64,000 nucleotides of DNA from Octopus vulgaris (lineage: Eukaryota): NCBI GenBank assembly GCA_951406725.2, contig OX597817.1, forward strand, positions 166,842,001 to 166,906,000, read 5' to 3'. Shown here in pieces: positions 55,091 to 64,000 of the stretch. The notes beneath the pieces were generated by a model, which was not told where the DNA came from, searched no databases, and saw nothing but the letters and a program-made list of their open reading frames with translations. How positions within the stretch are numbered: position 1 is the stretch's first letter; every line of letters begins with the position of its first letter. The translations under genes were made by a program, and so were the position numbers.

Positions 55091-55261
55091 CGCACTCGCA
55101 ATCTTGTGTACACATGCATATACAGTGAGATAGCTGAATATGATATGTGCATCAGTGCATGCGTTTAATAATGTTATTCATGTATACATATACGAGTATA
55201 TATATGCATGTATGTATACACGTATATATATATAAATATATATTTGTGTGTGTGTGTGTAA

Positions 55262-55370
<109 letters not shown>

Positions 55371-55998
55371 CACACACACACATATATATGTGTGTGTGTA
55401 TATATATATTAGCACCAATGTGTTATATATATTCTGTTAATCCTACCAAGCAGCACTAATATAGATAGAAGTTATCACGGATCAATTGGATGTGTTGCCA
55501 TAATCGACTCTGCTGAACGACTCGATGGACATGCAAACATGCATAGTCACAAATTGATTTATATAACAGGATAATATATTAAGAATATATATATATGCAG
55601 GAAGAAAGAGAGAGGGGGTGGGTAATAGCGTATTTCCCCTGGCGAAATCAAACTATATTCCATTGCAAATTCTCTCGATATCAAACGTTGCAGTAGTTCT
55701 ATTTTGCTTTCATTCACTAGAGAACGAGTATGAACATCGGAACTTTATAAGTTCTTAATTCAAAAAATTATAGCAAATTCCGTTGCAAACACATCTGAGC
55801 AATCACATGTATTTATTTGTGTGTGTGTGTGTGTGTGTAGCAGGTGTAACAGTATGGCAAAGAAGCTTGCTTCTCAACTATATGGCCGTGGTTCCAGTCA
55901 CAGCGCTGCTCCTTCGATAGGGGTTTTCCACTATAGACCCGAACCAACCCAAGCCTTGTAAGTGGATTTGGTATACACGCACGCACACACACACACAA

Positions 55999-56042
<44 letters not shown>

Positions 56043-56299
56043 ACACACACACACACACGCATGCAGGCACGCACACACATATATATATTAATGTGAGTTT
56101 GGAGGGATATATTATCCGTGCGGATATCATGGTGACTCTCAGTTATGCTCCAGGTTACGGCTAACCGCATCGATTATTATTTAACGTCTATGACTAGTAT
56201 TCGTTGTCAATCACGCTGTAAACTCCTCCGATGAGTAATTCTGTGTTCGCTTCTCTCGATGGTAATATTATCTGGAGTGTATAATAGCAATAATTATAA

Positions 56300-56880
56300 T
56301 GAATATAGAATATGGAAACTGGTTCAACCTAAAAATTTATTTCTTATTATTTTACAATTGCATACAGCATATCTTTATGGTTGTTACGACCTACAAGTGT
56401 TTCCACTGCACAAAGTACAGACAGTTTCACATGCCACTGGGCATGATTTTCTGTGGAGCTTTTTCGGGGTCTTTCCATTTGACTAGATTTGAAGCGAACT
56501 GAATATCGTTGGTTGTTTGTTAGTTAGGGTTCAGGAGGAACTTGTTTTGAAAATGAAATCTCATCTGTTTGTAAGCTAGTGCCGTTGACCTTGGTTTTAC
56601 ACCCGTTGCTGTCCGAAATCAGGGTTTTATCTAAATAGGTCAGAGTTGACGTTTCTGTTTTGGAAGACCCCTTTGTTTATTTTAGTAGTTGAGTACCCGT
56701 TAACTTTATATTCAAGTGCTTCTAATGTAATGATCTTAGTTATTCATAAATTTACTGGCTGTGTTCTTTATGTTTGGTAGTATAGTGTGAATAGACTATA
56801 AGCTAGGCTGGTTTGTGGAGTGTCATGAACTTTTTGAGTTTAGGATATGTTCTTCTATCCTTCCTTTTCCACCCAACTGT
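56300..56880 (-). pseudogene. Very decayed Penelope-like coding remnant
   Basis: Weak echoes of a GIY-YIG C-terminus (C.LC...NNKK.IF). Confidence 0.3.
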
Positions 56881-56974
56881 AGATGAGACATTTAGTTATC
56901 TAGTACTTTCTTTAGATTCTTTAAATGATAGAAACTTGTATTTATCACAATTTCTCTTACGAATGTATGTATCT

Positions 56975-57482
56975 ATGTCATTATTCAGTTTTATTTCAAG
57001 ATTTCTTGCCAATAGGGAAAGAGCCGGTTTCTAACCTAGATTCAAGTCTCCTTCATTGGAATTTCAACAACGACAACAGGGTATTTTTGTTTGTATCTAT
57101 GTATATGTACAGATTTGTACGTTTTGCTTTACGGAATGTCTTCTCGTGCATATAGTTGCATGTTTAGATATGCTCATATATATTTAAATGATAAACTTCT
57201 GGAAAGTTTTACAGATTTTTACAGTTCCAGTGATGGCTTGGATCTGTAGGCTGCAGGTTTTGAGAAGCTTAATTCCTCAAGGCAGTGTGTTACATATCCC
57301 AGTGCCCCAATATTTACAGGAATAAACCTGAACCTGTAATCTAGATAGAGTAACTTCAGATTTCTCAATAGTTCAGCGTAGGTATTCTCTATTTCACTAT
57401 TCTTCAGTTTTATGTTAACATCTGCTGGACAGCTGATTTCCACAAGTGTACACAGTTTCTCTTCTCTATCCCAAATCATTAA
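56975..57482 (-). mobile_element. Third restriction-like-endonuclease (R4/Dong-like) LINE family, 3' end
   Basis: IWDREEKLCTLVEISCPADVN..Y..L..IPVNIGALG; 3' UTR contains GGCAAGAAAT as in the 41481 element (~43539). Confidence 0.8.
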
Positions 57483-57568
57483 ACCAGGTCTATTTTATTA
57501 AATGCATGTATGAATGTATGTATGTATGTGTGTATTATGCATGTATGTATGTATGTATGTACGTACAT

Positions 57569-57848
57569 ACAGTGGTTAGGGCAGCGGGCTCGCGGTTGTA
57601 GGATCGCGGTTTCGATTCCCAGACCTGAGCGAAAACACCTAAAGCTCCATGAGGCTCCGGCAGGGGGTGGTGGCAATCCCTGCTATACTCTTTCGCCACA
57701 ACTTTCTCTCACTCTTTCTTCTGTTGGCCTGCTCGCTTAGCCAGCGGGGTGGCATCATTTGGAGGGTAAAACAATGCGATGCGCATTGTGACCAGCGATG
57801 TGTAGCAACATCTGATAGCCTGGTCGGTCACGGTGATCATGGTCACGG
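57569..57848 (+). mobile_element. SINE family D, tail type 2
   Basis: cagtggttagggcagcgggctcgcgg; tail ...tgatagcctggtcggtcacggtgat, also seen at 49618-49735. Confidence 0.85.
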
Positions 57849-58166
57849 TATGTATGTATGTATGTATGTATGTATGTATGTATGTATGTCCTGGGTATGC
57901 ATCGGTTGTGACGCTTCTTTAGAGAGTTCAACCCAGTTGCTAACAAAGCGACAAGACATTTTCGAGTCAATAGCGTTCCTGGTGTTCATAAATATGTAGT
58001 TGAGTCGGTGCGTTGGTTGAACTATCGGTGCATGCACCCAAGTGTGCGTGCGTTTGTTCACCCAAAGAATCTCAGACAGAATTTTTTGAACGTCTTACAA
58101 ATCCTCACTGTTCCACTAATGACACGAAGTTGTAAAAACAATTATATGAGTACGTTTAACAAACAT

Positions 58167-58580
58167 AGTGGCTGTGTGGTAAATAGCTTGCTAACCAGCC
58201 ACATGGTTCCGGGTTCAGTCCCACTGTGTGGCATCTTGGGCAAGTGTTTTTTGCTATGTCCTCGGGCCGACCAAAGCCTTGTGAGTGGATTTGGTAGACG
58301 GAAACTGAAAGAAGCCTGTCGTATATATCTATATATATATATATATGTATGTATATGTTTGTGTGTCTGTATTTGTCCCTCTAGCATTGCTTGACAACCG
58401 ATGCTGGTGTGTATACGTCCCCGTAACTTATCGGTTCGGCAAAAGAGACCGATAGAATAAGTACTGGGCTTACAAAGAATAAGTCCCGGGGTCGATTTGC
58501 TCGACTAAAGGCGGTGCTCCAGCATGGCCGCAGTCAAATGACTGAAACAAGTAAAAGAGAGTAAAAGAAAGAGTAAAGAG
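58167..58580 (+). mobile_element. SINE family B, near full length
   Basis: Close match to 50929-51334. Confidence 0.9.
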
Positions 58581-58776
58581 GTCCACAGTGGAAATGACGC
58601 CATCAAAAGTTATTTGCACGACATCCGGGTTTTTTGTTCAAGAGACACTTCAAAGTTTACAAACAGCTAATCCAGAAGCTATATCAGTACTTCAGTTTAT
58701 CTACATACAAGTGCACACATGGAAGTAATTGTCTGTATGCTTTTATTTTGGTATACATGTGTGTATAAGCGCGTAT

Positions 58777-59160
58777 GTGGAGGCGCAATGGCCCAGTGGT
58801 TAGGGCAGCGGACTCGCGGTCATAGGATCGCGGTTTCCATTCCCAGACCGGGCGTTGTGAGTGTTTATTGAGCGAAAACACCTAAAGCTTCACGAGGCTC
58901 CGGCAGGGGGTGGTGGTGAACCCTGCTGTACTTTTTCACCACAACTTGCTCTCACTCTTACTTCCTGTTTCTGTTGTACCTGTATTTCAAAGGGCCAGCC
59001 TTGTCACACTCTGTGTCACGCTGAATCTCCTCGAGAACTACGTTAAGGGTACACGTGTCTGTGGAATGCTCAGCCACTTACACGTTAATTTCACGAGCAG
59101 GCTGTTCCGTTGATTCGGATCTACCGGAACGCTCGTTGTCGTAACCAACGGAGTGCTTCC
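58777..59160 (+). mobile_element. SINE family D, tail type 3
   Basis: gtggaggcgcaatggcccagtggttagggcagcggactcgcgg. Confidence 0.88.
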
Positions 59161-59208
59161 CATCCCATAAGCGCGCATGCATGTCTGTGTGTGTGTGTGT
59201 GTGATATA

Positions 59209-59443
59209 TATTTCTTTATTACCCACAAGGGGCTAAAGATAGAGGGGACAAACAAGGACAGACAAAGGGATTAAGTCGATTACATCGACCCCAGTGCGTA
59301 ACTGGTACTTAATTTATCGACCCCGAAAGGATGAAAGGCAAAGTCGACCTCGGCGGAATTTGAACCCAGAACACTTAACGGCAGACGAAATACGGCTACG
59401 CATTTCGCCCGACGTGCTAACGTTTCTGCCAGCTCGCCGCCTG
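59209..59443 (-). mobile_element. SINE family C, full length
   Basis: Head aggcggcgagctggcagaaacgttagcacg; B box GGTTCAAATTCC. Confidence 0.9.
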
Positions 59444-59669
59444 ATAAAAAGGTGATATAGACACCTTTTTATGTATGTACATTGAAAAACAAATTATGAA
59501 AAATATTTTTAGTGGGGTCAATCAAGTGAAGCGAATAATATGTTGGGTTTAGGGATCAGCAAAACCAGAAGGATGCTTTCTATGATTCTGGCAGAAATAG
59601 GTGGCGGTGGGAGAACACGACTATAATAACAAAAGAAGTAAATATCCGAGTTATTATTATTTTTATCGA

Positions 59670-60035
59670 TATCATCATCATCATCATCATCACCATCACA
59701 GTTTTCAGCAGCAGCAACAACTTCATCCTTCACCACCACCACCACCACCACACTCATCATCATCATCATCATCATCATTCCCACAAACATCATCAGCAGC
59801 AACAACAGCAACAGCCGCGACATCATCAGTACAACCACCATCACCATCATCATCCTCATCATCATCATCATCAACATCAACATTATTGCAGTAGTAGTAG
59901 TATTAGTAGGAGGAGGAGGAGGCGGAGTGGTGGTGGTGGTTGTAATAGTAGTAGTATTAGTAGTAGTGGTGGTGGTGGTGGTAGTAATAGTAGTAGTAGT
60001 AGTAGTAGTGGTTGTGGTGGTGGTGGTAGTAGTAA

Positions 60036-60069
<34 letters not shown>

Positions 60070-60173
60070 GGTGGTGGTGGTAGTAGTAGTAGTAGTAGTG
60101 GTGGTGGTGGTGGTGGTGGTAGTAGTAATAGTAGTAGTAGTAGTAGTGGTGGTGGTGGTGGTGGTGGTGGTAA

Positions 60174-60204
<31 letters not shown>

Positions 60205-60299
60205 GGTGATGGTGGTGGTGGTGGTGGTGATGGTGGTGGTGGTGGTAGTAATAGTAGTAGTAGTAGTAGTAGTGGTTGTGGTGGTGGTGGTAGTAGTAA

Positions 60300-60333
<34 letters not shown>

Positions 60334-60449
60334 GGTGGTGGTGGTAGTAATAGTAGTAGTAGTAGTGGTGGTGGTGGTGGTGGTGGTGGTGGTAGTAGTA
60401 ATAGTAGTAGTAGTAGTAGTGGTGGTGGTGGTGGTGGTGGTGGTGGTAA

Positions 60450-60480
<31 letters not shown>

Positions 60481-60511
60481 GGTGATGGTGGTGGTGGTGG
60501 TGGTGATGGTG

Positions 60512-60605
<94 letters not shown>

Positions 60606-60606
60606 T
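59670..60606. repeat. (CAT)n followed by compound (GTA)n/(GTG)n array
   Basis: Direct reading. Confidence 0.95.
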
Positions 60607-60862
60607 GAGGTTGATAGAATTAGGTGTAGCGGAAACTGTAATTCTATAACTTATCTTCATAGCAACAACCATAGAAACTCGATAAATACATTCCTCGTTC
60701 TCTTAATATTTTCAGTTGTTATTTTTGTTTCTTTGTGTTCTTTTTTCTACATTTTCTTCAGAACGTGTGTATGCGCATATATACATACATACACACATAC
60801 ATATATTTATGCTTATATGTGTCTCCACATGTATACATATACCCACACTTACGTTTAATACA

Positions 60863-61356
<494 letters not shown>

Positions 61357-61855
61357 ATAAGTATTATGTATATGTGTGTGTATGTATGTGTGTGTGTATA
61401 TATTCGTATGCGTGTAGATGTGAATGAACGTGTGAGATTACACACAATAAAATATAGTGCTTTTAGTTACAAATCTCACAATCACAGTTATATGTGTCCA
61501 ATGATTATCCACTCTCTAAATCCGAAATGTGCCTGGGCAAATATACTTCTACCAACATACCTTTATACATACATCCATTCATACATATACGTGTGCTTGT
61601 GTGTAACGAAGTGTAACTGGTTCAGGCATGCGTATTGCTTGATTTGGTATGCAGGTTTTATGAGATTTTCTTGAAGGACCAACAAAGGTCGAGATATTGC
61701 ATTGTGGGAACGATTTCATGGTTGCCTTGGCTGCATGTACATTCTGCGTTTTGTTTGTTTCACGCATCCTTTTGTTGTCTCCCTGATGCACCTCTTGAAC
61801 GAGTGCATATAGATATAGATATATAGACAGACGGGTAGATAGTAAGATAGATAGG

Positions 61856-61901
<46 letters not shown>

Positions 61902-61942
61902 TGCAAATGCATATATATACATATATCTGCATGAATGCACAC

Positions 61943-62001
<59 letters not shown>

Positions 62002-62128
62002 CAATTATAAATAAGGGCAAAAAGAAAAAGAAAAAAGAATCGTATTTAAAATTTTCACCTTAAAAGGTATTTTTTATATGCTGGCCACTGATAAAATACC
62101 TTAATAAAATTTTATCCTTATACTAGAA

Positions 62129-62185
<57 letters not shown>

Positions 62186-62192
<7 letters not shown>

Positions 62193-62640
62193 AAATATTA
62201 TTCATGTGGTTATACAATTAAGGGCTCCTAAATAAAGATGCCGAGTGCTGGGAACACAGAGATTTGAAAAGTTAAGATCTGCTAGTAGTCGGGTTTAACA
62301 TATAGCCCCACATCGCTGCAGACCTCGATTAAATTCAGGCGACTCGCTGATGAAGCCAGCCTTAGCAAACATATTCTGTGTTTTGCTAGAAAGAAGCAGA
62401 AACCGCGGTACGAGTTGTTAAAGTTATCGGTAAACGTTTTTGATTTTCACTCTCGATAAATTCATCCCCTTTTTGTGTTCCCAGCACTCGGCATCTTTAT
62501 TTAGGAGCCCTTAATTGTATAACCACATGAATAATATTTTTCTATATGAATAATATTTTTCTATATGAATAATATTTTTGTCTTATGACTAATTCGTCTT
62601 TTGTGCTGGGCACCTGGTAGTAAATAATATTACTACCCTT
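62186..62640 (+). mobile_element. Hammerhead-bearing non-coding element with perfect ~72-bp inverted arms (62186-62258 / 62475-62547)
   Basis: Exact reverse-complement arms; 20-bp tandem triplication at ~62528-62579; terminal hairpin ggtagtaa..ttactacc-ctt. Confidence 0.75.
62338..62419 (+). ncRNA. Type-I hammerhead ribozyme
   Basis: Stem I ggcgactcg/cgagttgtt, CTGATGA, stem II with tagcaaa/tttgcta hairpin, GAAA, palindrome ACCGCGGT, GUA site. Confidence 0.7.
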
Positions 62641-62750
62641 AACGGCCATAATAGGCCATTCACCCACTAGAAATAACAGCCAAAGCTTCAACCGCAAATA
62701 AAAGTTAATTCTGTAAACCAGGAGAAAATTTTAAAAACATTTACCCTGTA

Positions 62751-62857
62751 ATTTCTTATACGATATACCGTTTCATCTGCTGATTAATGGTAAACTAACC
62801 TGATTAAATTAAATCAAGCCAATCTTCCACAGGCCCTCAGATTCCTCAGTAAGAAAT
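62751..62857 (-). ncRNA. Type-I hammerhead ribozyme (inverted copy)
   Basis: Reverse complement of 63311-63417. Confidence 0.8.
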
Positions 62858-63310
62858 AGCCCAAGTCGGAACAGATATTTTCACGAGGCATTTCCGACCT
62901 TGCCAAGTTTATATCTGACCTAAAATTTTCAAATCGTCGCACTCGCGCCAAATTTATCGGCAGCAAATAAATATAAGCCGTCGATTCCATTACGGAATTA
63001 ACCAGAAAATTCATAATTAATCAATATAGGGTGGCAAAAAAAAAAATTTTGTAGAATTCTTTTGCCACCAGCGGCCTAGTAGGAAAAAATTAAATAGTCA
63101 TAGACCATTTTTAAGTTCAACATCATTTTTTTGCCACCCTATATTGATTCATTATGAATTTTCTGGTTAATTCCGTAATGGAATCGACGGCTTATATTTA
63201 TTTGCTGCCGATAAATTTGGCGCGAGTGCGACGATTTGAAAATTTTAGGTCAGATATAAACTTGGCAAGGTCGGAAATGCCTCGTGAAAATATCTGTTCC
63301 GACTTGGGCT

Positions 63311-63417
63311 ATTTCTTACTGAGGAATCTGAGGGCCTGTGGAAGATTGGCTTGATTTAATTTAATCAGGTTAGTTTACCATTAATCAGCAGATGAAACGG
63401 TATATCGTATAAGAAAT
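63311..63417 (+). ncRNA. Type-I hammerhead ribozyme, intact
   Basis: Stem I atttctta/taagaaat (8 bp), CTGAGGA, stem II atctg/cagat, GAAA, stem III acggt-at-atcgt, predicted cleavage after GUA at 63409. Confidence 0.82.
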
Positions 63418-63642
63418 TACAGGGTAAATGTTTTTAAAATTTTCTCCTGGTTTACAGAATTAACTTTTATTTGCGGTTGAAGCTTTGGCTGTTATTTCTA
63501 GTGGGTGAATGGCCTATTATGGCCGTTCCTTGATTGTTTGATGTTGAACTTAAAAATGGTCTATGACTATTTAATTTTTTCCTACTAGGCCGCTGGTGGC
63601 AAAAGAATTCTACAAAATTTTTTTTTTGCCACCCTATATTGA

Positions 63643-63679
<37 letters not shown>

Positions 63680-64000
63680 CATACATACATACATACATAA
63701 ATACATACATACATACATACATACATACATACATACATACATACATACATAGATACATACATACATACATACATACATACATACATACATACACATGTGA
63801 TAAGTTCATTCTATACACTGATCTGTAAATGTGTTTGAATGGGGATGTGTTACATGCATGGAATAAGTGCACCTACGAATGGAATCATACAAACAAATAT
63901 TATTATATCATATTTGCAAGCATGCTAGGGTGAGTGCATACATACATGTATGAGTATCGGTATGCATGTCAGTTTTTATATTCTTTGAAATATTCCTCGA

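Larger units (their letters stand above)
62641..63650. mobile_element. Young retrozyme or Penelope pLTR-like element: 495-bp unit as an inverted copy (62641-63125) plus a partial tandem (63126-63650)
   Basis: Near-perfect reverse-complement identity; direct repeat ttgccaccctatattgatt at 63131 and 63626. Confidence 0.85.

Noticed and set aside
55620-55800. Possible hAT transposase C-terminal remnant
   Set aside because: No clear conserved motif recoverable
62814-63354. Two identical 66-aa ORFs on opposite strands
   Set aside because: By-product of the inverted duplication; overlaps the hammerhead and has no recognisable motif

Overview
AT-rich, microsatellite-dense eukaryotic DNA that is almost entirely intronic or intergenic. 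The repeat families look like those of an octopus genome; this is an inference from recognising the repeats, not a database result. Nearly all long ORFs in the track are simple-repeat artefacts. Supported content: (1) four tRNA-derived SINE families, here labelled A-D, in dozens of copies; (2) an ~550-bp non-coding element (E) found next to (AAT)n; (3) decayed LINEs (R4/Dong-type with restriction-like endonuclease, CR1, RTE), Penelope-like GIY-YIG remnants, mariner/Tc1 fragments, Helitron/Helentron-type non-autonomous elements and a MITE; (4) one candidate host coding micro-exon of 31 nt (IPKLSSDEIE), resembling the start of a molluscan myosin essential light chain or another calmodulin-family gene. 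The most striking signal is nine type-I hammerhead ribozyme folds with palindromic or near-palindromic stem III. They sit in short non-coding elements, often beside (TA)n and in inverted or partial-tandem arrangements. The best case is a very young 495-bp circularly permuted unit at 62641-63650 (retrozyme or Penelope pLTR-like). Several of these elements share a 3' grammar: a TTTGGCTGYTATTTCYAG motif, a GGT..ACC hairpin and then CCT. Coordinates were read by eye and may be off by a few bases.
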